Source: Botryllus schlosseri
Taxonomy: Eukaryota
NCBI GenBank assembly: GCA_051294905.1
Contig: CM119385.1
Coordinates: forward strand, 18,724,001 to 18,788,000
Reading direction: 5' to 3'
DNA: 64,000 nt
In this document: piece by piece, positions 48,485 through 61,600 of the stretch
Layout: every line of letters begins with the position of its first letter
How positions within the stretch are numbered: the stretch's first letter is position 1
Translations under genes and position numbers: made by a program
Notes under the pieces: model-generated
What the model saw: only the letters and a program-made list of their open reading frames with translations
Databases searched by the model: none
Told to the model about the DNA's origin: nothing

Positions 48485-49466
48485 TAGACAGACATGCCAC
48501 TCTTGGATTTTTCCAACCAGATCTGTATTTTTTTAGCATCACCTGGGTTTCTGGGTTTTTGTCCTTGAAATCTGTTTTTTTTAACATCATATTCGTCAGG
48601 TCAGTTTTGCGCTCGAAAATTAATTTATTAAGATCATGATATTGTAAAATGCGCGCATTTTAGTTCGTCATTGTTGACGGATTTCTCTGTTACTTTACCG
48701 ACATATTCTTGAGAGACTGTTTCACTACTATGAGAGGCCTCGGCGTGATTTGACGGAGCTTCATTACATAGTAACTTCCGGGTCGAAGAAAGCCATGTTC
48801 ATAGGGAAACTCATTGGAAACGTTGTGTTACAATTTAAAACAATTCATGACTCTCACTCCAACAAATTCGTCGTGTATCGATAAATAACATGTATCTTTA
48901 TGGTTCATGTAAACATGTCATAACATGTAGCATGTAACTTTATCTGATTCCATTTAGTTCACACAGGAGCACCCCCAGCAATCTATTCAGTGGCTACGTT
49001 GGTTATTATCAGCACATTTGTATACATCCTGAATTTTATGATTTTGCAGTTATGGCAGTTATTTTTTCTACTAAAAGTGATTGTCCCAGGAGCAATCAAT
49101 TGAAAGCTACTTTAAGTCTGGTCAGGTCATTGAAAATATAAGAAAATCACCCTCAGAAATAGGGAATGGGGGGGCATTCTTACGAACTTTCTGAGCGCAA
49201 TGATATAGGCCTAATTAAGTAAATACGTATTGAAGCCGCGCACCAGTCGAGAGGAGAACAACATATTTTGTGGGATTTTCAGTGCTAACCGAGCAAAATG
49301 TATAGTATGAACTGTTGGAAATTCAATATCAAAGGCTCCTATGACTGTAGGAGGACTGTCAGGTTTCAGTTTCACAGCTATTTTATGCAAATTTGAGTGA
49401 TATAGGATCTGGGTTTATTTGGCCTCAACATCTGGGTTTTTCCGAAATATCCCAGTGGCATCCCTG
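48485..49466. mobile_element. Probable hAT MITE (about 980 bp)
   Basis: Right end AGTGGCATCCCTG, left end degenerate ...CATGCCACT; GTTGCCGT on both flanks. Confidence 0.55.
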
Positions 49467-50844
49467 GTTGCCGTCCGATGATCTGGATTGCGGTTAGTTG
49501 AAAATAAAGACTCCCTCTCTCTCTTTCTCTCTCTCTAATAATGAACTGAACTGAACTGAGGTTATTGTTCTGTTGTCATCATTGTCAAGTAAACAGTCAC
49601 TGGGTGACGCTAACCACCTGAATGTCAACATGAATGTTTCTGGTTAGCGCTAGCGCGCAGTAATCTGTAGTTTCATTCGTTATAGAGATCACAAGATCTC
49701 CATTGTTTCATGTTACCTCTCGCGTACATGAAATGTTGCTTTAGCCAAGTTAGTTAGTGAAGTACGGTAAGGTTACATGAATTGGGAGGTAGACTCCTTT
49801 GGAGTCAGTTTCACAAATAACCTTGAATCGTTTTCAGTTACAGTTAGCAGAGCTCTTGGTTTTTGTCACAGTAGTTTAGTGTTGCCCACTGCGACACTCG
49901 AGTTCCGTTCGAAAGAGAGAAAACAAAAAATTTTTGTCACTAGATAAGGTTTTACTCTAAGGGAGTTTGTTTACGCCCCGTTTCTTGTCGCCGTCCAAGA
50001 GCAATTGTCATTAATAAACCGTCATGGCTCTATTTGCAAACAGATAACTACCAAACAACTCTGCGCTTGTCCATCAGCCCATGGCTATTTAATTGATATA
50101 TCTGTGTATAATTTGCTACTGCTAGTTTCGTTTTCACTATGCTGGCTTTGCTATGCTGGCTAAGCAGTACCGTATAATGTCCCTTTACAGGCCTATAGAG
50201 TCATTAGACCTAGATAATGGAAACTTTATTCTACCAAAATATAGTTGTACAGTTCAGATCAGTGGCTGCTATAGAAATCACTAGGTGATTACTCTGTAAT
50301 GTAATCCCATAGCCACTGGATGTGATTTTCGCTAGCAAGGATCGATCATATTGACTGCAAGTGTAGGAATGGCGATATGGGTACGGTACCATTTGCGAAG
50401 ATGGCATACGCCATACAGTATGCTAAAAGAACAAAAATGAATGTGATAGAGAATATCCGACAAGAGATTTGGAATCAGCTAGCCAAACTTACTTGAAAAC
50501 AGTACCTAAAGTTATTGCAAGATATTTTTGTTGACCAGTGAATTAAATCATAGATGTAGAATTTCATCAGTTCGGAACAAGACTGCGTGGGACAATGGGA
50601 ATGATGACTCTATTATAACTTAACCGTATCCTAGTTATTTTATTTCTATGAATTATTTCTACCAATACTGTACTGTGTACAATAGCACATTGTACTTCAA
50701 AAATGTGCTGTTACATGAGTGCCCGTCATCATTTACTGGTCAGATATATTTAAACAGAGCATCTCTACAGCTTTTGCAGATGTATTTCTCAGTGTCATAT
50801 TTGGTGATGCGATTGTTGATATACAATGTTCTTTCCGATTCTCT

Positions 50845-50875
50845 ACTAGTTGCTGACGATTACCACTGACGAGTG
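50845..50875 (+). repeat. Short remnant of the hammerhead-bearing repeat
   Basis: ACTAGTTGCTGACGATTACCACTGACGAGTG matches 3169-3199 with one substitution; GAAA half absent. Confidence 0.7.
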
Positions 50876-51073
50876 ACATAGCCAATTTAACTCTGTACTG
50901 TCTTCGATATTTCTGTTGATTCAAATTATAAGCTGCCTGCCTCCGTGCAGGCTACTGTGTGGCGCCCTAGCATAAGGATTATGCATTGCTATTCATGGCT
51001 TGCTAGAATTTTCTAATAATATCATTGTGCTTTTCATGTAGAGAATTCAAAAGGTAAAATACTTAGAAATAAC

Positions 51074-51334
51074 ATGACTGTGGCTGTGAAAGTGATTTAC
51101 TGCGGTGGATGAGGGTACGGGAGATATTACCACAACCTGAAGGCGGAAATTGGCAGTGAATTTGGAAATTCTGTAAAGGTCGATGGCGAGTCGACACCCG
51201 GAATTTCCGGATACCTGGAGGTTTCCGTCAACGGAAAGCTGGTTCATTCAAAAAAGAATGGCGACGGCTACATTGACAGCGACAAAAAGTTACAGAAAAT
51301 TTTTGACGCTATCGACAAAGCTCTCAATGCATAG
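51074..51334 (+). CDS. SELENOW: Selenoprotein W (Rdx family), 86 aa, Sec at UGA 51110-51112
   Basis: MTVAVKVIYCGGUGYG...LEVSVNGKLVHSKKNGDGYIDSDKKLQKIFDAIDKALNA: CxxU motif, tight match to SelW; SECIS downstream; single coding exon preceded by acceptor at 51040-51041. Confidence 0.96.
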
Positions 51335-51715
51335 ACAGTGAATATCCCACAGATCATAGATATGGACAGCACAAGGACGCCAAATTTTTGTTGGGAATAT
51401 GTCAAGAGTTGAAATTTTTTGGAGAACACTCGTTATCATCACATCCTATCATGATGTCCTATGGAATAATAATGATGAATCCAGTAAGGAAATAGTTGCA
51501 CAATATTGAAGATCTACATTAAAAATTTATTTTTTGTTACAATTTTGAAGTTCATTATGTCAAATGACTTATTTAACCGTCTACCTATTCAGTTTTGCTA
51601 CCTTAAGTTCAACGACGAAAATATTGAATCTGAATGCTGCCTTTATCTCTGTGATGTGGTGATATGTTCTTGCCTTGCCAAGCGATTTTATGAATTTTTG
51701 AAAGCACCAAGTGTT

Positions 51716-51783
51716 AACTTTCTGATGATGACTAGCATGTAAACATGTACAACATGGTATGTTGGTTTGATGGTAACAAAGTT
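51716..51783 (+). promoter_or_regulatory. Type II SECIS element
   Basis: Helix I AACTTT/AAAGTT; core AUGAU...UGAU (51725-29, 51768-71); 11-bp helix II; unpaired AAA; minihelix CAUGU/ACAUG; ATTAAA at 51807. Confidence 0.93.
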
Positions 51784-54280
51784 CTCATTTGTGCTTGACA
51801 TATTTCATTAAATGCTTTTTATTTATTTGATTTTTTAGACTAGGCTATCTGTAAACGGCATATTTTTCAGACAAGTGTTTTATTATAGAAATGGTGAAGA
51901 ATTAGTGGTGGTAAAGCGTGCACTTTGATATAGTTATTTCTGTGGGTATTTCTTGAGTTCGAGTGCGTAATACAGCGGAAAATTTCATATGCAACATTTT
52001 TGTGACTTTTATTCGAAACGGGTTATTCGGTGTTCCGATTTCTTTAGAAGTTGAAAACATACAGGCAGTCTGTCGACATAACCAACTGAGCTAGCAAAAT
52101 CTTTTTTTGGCATGTCAGAAGGCCTTCAATGCATGGTATTGAGAAAATGTCACTAGTATGTCGAAACACGGTGGTGTACAACTGTACATTGGCCGGGAAG
52201 AGACTTCGCCGCTGAGTTTAATATGCAGCCACTATGAGCAACTGCAAATGTGTTTGGCCTGTTCAAACTCGACTCCACGCGATAGGACACCTCAATTGCG
52301 ATTAACGTCTGATCGTGAAGGCGTTGGCATACTGTCAGGTACGGGACTACTCAGTCGACACTGTATTAACGCAAACAAAATTAGGCTAAGCCTCACTTTG
52401 TCATATCAAAGTGTGATGTGACGCGAGTTCAATGTCAGCCGAACGCGAACGCCTTGAAGAGGTCGAAAATCATGCGTCAATGTCATTAATATCACTAGAA
52501 GGTGATTCATGGAGCGCATATGGTCGTTTCGACATCCTCTATGTGTTCTTTACAGGATGAAAATAGTCATACAATCTCTGATCGATCATGTATCATAGCG
52601 TCAGAGCAGGGTCAATGCCCTCCGTGTGGGTTACGTTATGAGATTGACTGAGGCGGTTCGAGGACCAACGTATGCGACGAATCGATCGATTCTACAGATA
52701 ATTCGGTATATTGAACATATATAAAAACAGGACGGACGTAGAAACTACCAATTTAACGTATCAGTTGGATTGTGGTCGGTGTCTAATGAAATTTACCATA
52801 TTTCTTTCCTCATCATCACCCGCAATAGGTACAACACGTCTTGTGGCAGAATAGCGCACGCCTACCGCGGTCATCTCAAAGGAGAACGCAACGCTCCATT
52901 GCTTCGCTGATCTTCTGTAAGAAGGTACTTCGCGGCTATTAGGGCATGTCCGCATTCAAGACAAAATTGGTAATGTGGAGACGTGAAGAAACACTAGCTT
53001 ACATGGATCGTGTCGAGAAATGATCTGGTTTCCTTTTTCAACATAACCTATTTTAAATTTTGGTCCTTAGCCTTTACCAAGGTGTTTCAATTCTCATTAA
53101 TATATTTTGATTGAAATCTTTTGGTGTTTTGAGCTGAAAACGCATCAAAATGAAGAACGTATTGCTAACCAAAGCCTTGGCTTACCAACTGCAGGCGACG
53201 CTTACTTTAGGCACAGATAGTTTGCAATCAGATCGCCCCTGCTATAAGATCACCGAGTATTGCCTATCATTGATCGGCTGTTGGACGCCCATCATATCAT
53301 TGGACATGATGGTCATTGGTCGATCACTGTTATAACGAACATTACATAGCTAGTATAGTGGTAAGATGTATTTCATGACCTGGCTTATCGATCACTGTAA
53401 TCTATAACCGACTGCGTGTATGGTCACTGCTTCGTGTATAGACTCAATAGATGCGCTTCAGTATCGAAAAACGAGCCTATGTATAATCTGGATGTTGAGG
53501 GATCCGGGTTATCCATTGATAAGCATGTTGTGTTATTTGTTTTTCCGGATGAAGTAGCTTCGCTAATGATTTCCCAAGCGTCGAGTGGACCGTCATCCAC
53601 TGTACAATGTACAGTAGTAGGCTACACACTGCACGCAGCTACCCAGCAATTTCGAGTATCTTGGATTAACAAAATGAAAAAAGCTGACTTTGTAACGCGT
53701 TTGGGGCGATTTTTCCATATTGCGAGCGAACGTCTCGACACTATGCCTCCTGACGACGAATTCATAAGTGTTGCTCTTGTTAATCTTTTAATGAACGCTA
53801 TGATTTACAAATACAAAGTAACAAAGTACCGAAGGTTAAAGTATAACACTACCAGTAGTTAATGAAGACCAAAGAAAGATATGGCTTGCGGGCCTTAGGC
53901 AATTCAAACTTAACAAGGATAGCAGCTATTGAAGATCGTGATGAAAGAACTCAAAAACTGGCAAACCAATACCTACTTTCATTCGCGGTATTGCCGCGCT
54001 GCTCAGGGGCGCAGCCAGTGGAGCGAACGTAGCCTTGTGACGCCAACAGTTTTTTCTGCGTCACAATGAACCCGTGGCGTTACAGCGTCGTTACAAAATT
54101 GTCGCTCTCAAAATTTACACACTGGCTAGTCACTACCCTTCTAGTGGAGCTTTTCATTTTCATGCATAACAAAGACCCAATACTACCAATCAACCTAATG
54201 GGCAGCACATGAGAGCCAACAGATGCAAAATGCTCAAAACGACGAGAAGAATGTTCACATAACAAGAAATCAGTTGAATG

Positions 54281-55694
54281 TTAGTGAAATACAGGTTTCG
54301 GTGGCAAAGGAGGTCTAGAAATTGGGGTGCGTTTTGCGCCCGTAACGCCTTTAACAAATCCCGTAGGAGACACCAAATTTCCGTAGGAAAAATATGACAC
54401 TCTAACCGCGTTACCACTCGTTTTCGCCGCGGAAGAGCTGTTAAACTCGGTTTCAAGACCTGTTTTCAAGTCGCTGGTATTGCTGTCAGTCCTTGCGTTT
54501 TTGTCGCTTGTTGAAGCGACATGACCTTCAAATCTTGTTGGTAATTCTGCGATGACCGCCTTGCGGGGAATGTTCTGTCGCTTCTCAAACACTTTATAAC
54601 CGCTCTCCGTTTCTCGTGCTGTACTTCCTTCCGTCGACGCGTAGCCTTTCAATATAACATCATCGCCGGTTGGCGCGTTTTTCCCGTCGTCTGACTCATC
54701 GGATACAGTGACGTCATAGGAGCCCTGTCGATCATCATCGTCTGTGACGTCAGAGTCGACGCTAGAACCTTCCTGGTCTTCAGGCTCGCCAAGCGTCAGT
54801 CGCGAGTTGTCGGCTATCATCTCGCTGCGTAGGATGTCAAAAAGTGCCTGCTGCTCCGCAGTAGATGTGGATTTGTCAGGTGAGTCATCCATTCTTTTAA
54901 CTTTCATCGCGTGAGCTTTTACTCCAGGCATAGAATAACTGTCGTCGTATAGCAGCGACTTCTCGTTTTGTGAATCGCTCGATTCTAGAGCGTTGTCATC
55001 TGGTAACTGTGGAATACACGAGGCTTCACGTTCGCTGTTAGAATTGAGATACGAGAAGATTTCTGTTACGAGAGACACGGAATCGTCACTTTTCGGGTCA
55101 GAAAAGTGACTGTCATCTTCAAGGCCGTTTTGTAAACCCTCTGATAGCTCATCTTCAGCCGGCTCTGCACTATCGACAGTAGTTGTAGCTAACTGTGCAT
55201 GTGTGATTTGTGCATCTTCGACAGTATCAGTAATAAGCTCGGTGTCATCGACAGTATCATTTTCCTGATTGACTGTAGCTACTGTAATGTCATCTGAGAC
55301 TTGAGAGGGTCTAGTTATTTGAGATGGGGGAGCTGGTGGAGCCGGGGCTGGACGTTTGGCGGATGGCCTCTTTTTTATTTGTATGACCGGATTCCGCGAG
55401 ATCATCAAGTGTTCGGGAACATTATCAACGATCAGTTCGGTAGAAGTTTCTGAAGCGGTCGAATTCCGGAGGGAGATAGCTTGTCTCGGCGGTTTTACAA
55501 TGCGCAGCCCTGGCTCGCGGGCGACTGGAATGAGTTCGTGGATTGCTTCAGTGGACTCGGTTTGAGACAATTCACACGGGCTGAGGTGTTCTGTACTGGC
55601 AGAACGAACTCTGGTGCCGTTGGTCAGGGAATCGTCTGCCGATTCCGCGTCGGATTGTTGAAATGTGAAGAAACTGACAGGCCGCTTCTTCGCC
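54281..55694 (-). CDS. FRMPD4: FRMPD-like probable last coding exon
   Basis: 1414 bp open frame ending RPPLPPKPVFH*; acidic and Ser-rich, disordered. Confidence 0.82.
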
Positions 55695-58600
55695 CTGATA
55701 AATACAACTAGTTTTAATCAGTAATTCAAATTTCGAAGAGGCCGCGGGCGCATGAATTCAATATCGAAAAAATATAGGCCACACAGTTTAATAACCACGT
55801 TTTTAAAACTTCACGTCAGTACAGCGCCGAGCTCTATAGCATGGGTGACGGGCGTAGTTACCACAAAAGAAATAACATTTTATTAAACTTTAAAGAAATT
55901 CCAATACAAGAAACAATATCATGATCATCACTTATCATTCTATTTTGAACTATTATGAGCTGCGCACGATGCCTGACTACACTTTTAGCGACCAAAGCAT
56001 CGATATCGGGGATAGCTGGACACGGTACTTGCTGGAAAACTGTCTCCTTGTAAAGCTCGGTCTTGTGGGCAAGCCCCAAGTCGTTTTCCAAGCGTCTCGG
56101 CCTTGGCAGTGTCTGGGCCATTGCGCGTCAAGGCAATATGCCCAGCCCATTCATATCAACAAATTCTTCCTCCATGGAATGCTATTACCATCGCAGATGC
56201 ACTATCAGGTAGTGATGCTGGACACAGGAGAATAGCTTATATTAAACAACAACAACAATATTTGTTAAACTGAAATCTCTCCGAAATCTCAAATCAGGTC
56301 GCGGGCCGCAAAATATGACCCCACGGGTCGCGTGTTGGCGACCTCTGCATGTCAGCTTGTAACCAAAACGTGCGTGATAGAAAACAATTGATTTCGCGTC
56401 ACTAAGCCTAATGTCAATATACATTCGGATAATTACCTCAGCGATCCATCCGTAGAGCGCATCCTCACTTTAGAAGTCGACTCCGACGGGCGGGTGGCCT
56501 CGGAAAGGCCAACCTCCGTCAGATTTTCGATCGAATTCTCTTTGGAATGCAGAGTGATCACCTCCGGATCCCGGGAGTCGCCGTTAAACATGGATCCCGC
56601 CACGGTGTACCTGCCGCTTGGCAGCAGGTCGACTCCGCGTACATCGTCGCACGGCTCGGATATAACGAGCATGCCGTGTGACTTCCGTTTACTGGAACTG
56701 AAAAGTCGAAACCGGGATGTAGCGACTGGCTCGTCGCTGCTTGTGTCGGGAAGGACCGATTGCCGGTTGGATTTTCGCGAGGGCTTCAGAGAGAAGGCCT
56801 TTTTTAGGTGCAGACGCGGCATGCGAAATCTGCGTTTTCGGCGTCCGTAGGCCGACCCCCTCGAATCGTACATTGATACAGGCCTTTTCCGACGGTTCCC
56901 AAAGAATTTCCTACACGCGTTAAGAAATATAATTTGAATTACAAAAGGAACGGGAACTCATGAGTTAGCCTCGGTTCTGCAGTATACAGAAGATACGAAA
57001 ACGCAAATTGTAAGATAATGATGAACTAAGCTGCATAGCGATAAGATGAACGGACGATCTAATCAGACACAGCTCGATTGGAGTAAGGTAGCCTATAGGG
57101 GGGGGGGGGGGGCTTAGAAGAGGACACAATGCTTTGTAATAATTGAGAGAAGTCGCAATGAAACAGTTCTCAAGGATTTGGCAGCATTAATCATCTTTCC
57201 AGTGAGCTATGATTTTATCAATTCTTATCAAATACAACGCTCAAGTCAAAATCAGTGTTTTCACAGCTGATTCTTTTAATCCCTAGTTACAATATTTCTT
57301 ATGTTTATGTATAGCTGAAACATCAATATTCATGTTTCCATTGTTATTATTATATTATTATCAATATTCATATTTACTAAGATTATGGACAAGAACGATT
57401 GTCTATAGAAAGCATTGTAACCACAAGCTATATGAACGTAGAACCTAGTAGAATAAATTTTTTCACACTTGTTTTTCTCAATACATTACTTGTACTGATT
57501 TGAGCTTAATGGAAGTGTGAATAGTGCATCCTATCGTCACTAAGCTTCAAGTAAATATACGCGTGTTCGATACAGCTGATTATTCGTACCAGAAAAATCC
57601 GCGCTCGCGTTTCTTTTGCCCGGGCACGGAAGAGAGATCCGGATTCGAAACCGACATCAAAACCGGATCTTCCGCCATCGGCAGATTGTCGGTCCCGGCC
57701 CACGATTTTCTGTTCTTGATCGCCGCCTTCTCCGCTCTCCGCAATCTCTTGTTTCCCGCCGCCAAGTCCGAGACACCATCTGCGCCACTGCTGGCGCTGG
57801 AGACTTCTCGATTTCGTTGACGGAAATACTCCATCAGATCAGCGGCTTCGCGGAGCTTTTTTATGGTCTCGGGGTCTTTCACGTCTTCAAAATCTTCCAG
57901 AGGCTCCAGTTCTGGATTGCGAAGCGTATGATTAGCCTCTTGTACCGACACGTTCGTAAAAGACGGTTCAGTTTCGACTGCAGACTCGCCGTTAGCAGTC
58001 TCTACAGGGCGTACTGGATCTGTTTCGGCGAAGCCATTCTTTGTGGAATTGAGACGAGAAGACTGCTTTACTGCAATATCCTTCCTTCTCGGCGTAGGAT
58101 AATCTGGCGGTGATGGTGCCTCCAAAATGTGCGTAGAGGGCACACTCTCCGAATTAACGTCAGCACGCACTGTGATAGCATTGGCCGTGGATTGCGTTTG
58201 TTCGTCAAAGCCACCGGTACTCTCCGATGTTGTTGTTACGTCACAAAAATCGCATGTGAGAGAATTTCCCACATGATCACCACCACGTGTTTCGGGTGAT
58301 GGAAGATGCGAAACGTCTCTTTCTTTAGAAAGCGAGGTTGTGATCGTTTCGTGAACTAGTCTTCCGCTAGATTTGGCCATAAGCGTAGAGTCATTATTGT
58401 TTGTGTCGGCATCTTCCACGCGGTTGCTCATGAATACTTGATCTTCATCGTCTTCGTCCGGTAAAGGGGAGCTTGGCGGAGGAGTGGGAGGCCGGTGGTT
58501 AACGCTTTTGAGACCAAAATTCGTAAGTGCCGGTGTATTATGGGACAGTAAGCGCGGGGTGACAGGTTCGGAAAAATCACAGTGGAAAAATGGTGGCGGT

Positions 58601-61600
58601 GGCGACAGGTCTTCAGTGCCAGTGTCTAAATCGGTCGGTCTTGGATAGTTCCAGTTGGAAGGCTTGACGGTGTGTGGTCCGAAATATGTCGGGGCTGCAA
58701 TGAGTGCAAACGGTGAGTGTGATATAAACGCCCGCACTATCCACAAGCAATAATCAGTACGTCGTGAGTTCTGATAATTATATTATTCGTATGGTGACGA
58801 TGGCGGTGGTAAAGAGGTGGTCTACATTTAGTAGAATTGTATCAGAGATATCTAGAACTAGATATCTAGTTCTAGATATCCCTGAATTGTATACACGAGT
58901 AAGTTTGACTCGGACCACTTAATCAAGTGGAGACAGTGGAGTGCTTGTTCGTTTGCTTGCATTCAATAATGTTTCATTCATTTCGTATCATGTTCAAATC
59001 TAGGTCGAGTTGTCCAGTGACTCAAGTTATTCAAACACTATGAAAAGTTAAAATTATAATGTCGAAATATAAATCCAGCTTCGCAAAAATCGAAAATCCG
59101 AATCCGGCTAACATCTTCAAGTCCGTTTTTAAAATCCAAATCCATACTCAAGCTAATATCTGCTGTTAATGTGGGATCATCATCAATCCCAGTTCGAGAG
59201 AATAATGCATAATATCGAAGGGTCGGTGATAATAGTTTCAACAAAACCAAGCCACAAGGTTCACTTGATATCCCCTTGTAATCAGATCTTTATTGGGATT
59301 ATTGGTGCCTGCATCAAGCCATCTCTTGGTTGGATGACTTTCTAAAGACAGACAATGTGATCTATCTCTATCTGTTCTTTCCAAAAGGCAGTATATTATA
59401 TCGACTTGGCGTTACGAAACTACCCCGAATCGCAACCTCGTAGCTGTAACACCTCCAGTCGGTAGGTTCGAAACACTAGAGAGCCATGTTCACAATGAAG
59501 CAAATTTACGGTATATTTACCATAAGAGAGCTAAATGTGAATAAAAGTAATTCGAAAACCGCGTTCACTATGAACATAATCGTTTTCGTAAATATTTCGG
59601 TGCTATACACATCCGGTGAACATAATAGAAACACATATATATATCTGCTTGTACAGTACACTCACCAATTGTGGCTTCCACTAAAGGCAAAGTCAAGACC
59701 ATATTTGTATTGCCGTAAACGCGACAATATCCAGCAACCATTAACGCGAACTTATGTGCGTCTTGACGTCCCATTGTAAAATGAATGTCCTGCAACAGAA
59801 ATGTTACCACTCGATTTTTTCATTGACATACAACAGAATATATTCGAAGGGAAATTCGAATGAACCAGCACAGCATGGGCTACACTGACATCGAAAATAA
59901 TTCTGGTCGATGTAATATACGAGATTAACGGAAGACGCCACCATAATATAGGCCAGGGGCGGGCAACTTCTCCAGTCGGCGGGCCGGATATGGGAAAATG
60001 AAGTACTTGGAGAGCCGGATTCCTGAATCGATACAATAAACGCGTATTGATACACCTGCAAAAGGATTATACTTGTATTTAATGTTGACTTTAAGTTTGA
60101 AGCATAGAGACCAAAACAGTATTCAATGAATTTATTAACGTAATGTAGCCTACTTCAATCGCTGCTGAAGTCATGAGACATCTGTGGTCGATGAAAGTTG
60201 TGAACAGGTTCTTTAAAATCTGGCTACATGCCGAACACAAAGAAAACAAATAACTAAAGGATAACTAACAATCACTACTATTTGTGTCCGGAAAAAGGAA
60301 AGAATACCTACAGCCACAATAATCTTACGTAGTAAGCAAGTATAGTGGAGAATTGTGACAGACTGTGGCCGCGCGCAACATTATCATGTACGACCGAAAA
60401 CAGTCTGAGGGCCGCACAAAATCACGTCGCGGGCCGGATCCGGCCCGCATGCCGCATGTTGCCCGCCCCTGATATAGGCCTATGAAGAACAAATGTTTCA
60501 AACACTAAATAGCGATAGGTATGTTTACGCAGGCCATAACTCACAAAGCAAAAACATACACACCATTCAAGGGGTCCCAACGTAGACTTAACGATAAACA
60601 TACGCTATTCAGATTTAGTTGGCGCAAGAGATAACCGAAAATGGGATAAGAAACCAATTCTGAAACCAACCTATTGGAAACTCCTGATGAGGAGTATATT
60701 TTACGAATGCGTTGGTGACCACAAAAATATTTGCCGTCATGATATATATTACAATCGGAAATACGTGGAATCACGTCTCCTATATCTCCAATCCACTATG
60801 CATCTATCGGGAATATAAAATCCGCAACCGAGACCAGGAAGGGGGCAAAGGCTTGAAAGTCAGCGCTTAATACCATAACCAAATATATTTTCCAGTCTGG
60901 TAGGTTGTATAAACACCAGCGCATCGTGGGCTAAAGCACGTCCATGAACCATAATAAAGCAGAAAATCGGGGTCTACATTTTCAGTTTTAAACGGCCGAC
61001 AATTTCGGTGATAGACGGACTTCAATATATACGGTGCAACTTAACCTTCTAGACAGGGAGCGGGAAAATAGGCCAACGGGTCGGGCCATATCCGTTTGCC
61101 CCTATACTGCTAATTAAGTTGTACGGTTCACTCCTGATCTACATTGAAAATCTGTTACAGCGCTATGCTGTCTCGTCGCTCATCCCTATTCAAATTATAG
61201 TTCCACTCTCGTTCACCTTCTTTCTGGTGAATTGAATCTTCACATTTGTTGTACTGGAATCTGGTCGGCAAGATGACACTTCTAGTTCTTTCACATGTTG
61301 AAACTCAGCGAGCACAGACACCATCCTTGTTTTAGCGTTGATCAATTGGCTAATACCGTAATGACGCCCAACGAGTATGGCGATATCGGATTCCATCAGA
61401 GCCTTCAACAAACGATTATTAATCCGGATTTATAACGATACATTTTCGCATAATACACATAAACCATGGATTAAATGCGATAATAATGCTTGGCAAGCGA
61501 AAGAGATGCATACAGTACAGATACAACATACAACGCAAGCTTCATAGTCGATTCATTAAATTGACTAACACCGACACTCACCAGCATGGATACTGAAAAA

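Noticed and set aside
50260-50318. 59-bp CAGTGGCT...AGCCACTG candidate micro-MITE
   Set aside because: 8-bp TIR but no target-site duplication.
53416-53862. 148-aa plus-strand ORF
   Set aside because: No recognisable motif; lies antisense in the probable 3' region of the FRMPD-like gene.
55858-56235. Protein-like frames in the FRMPD intron as an alternative exon
   Set aside because: Stops occur in all phases after the best acceptor.
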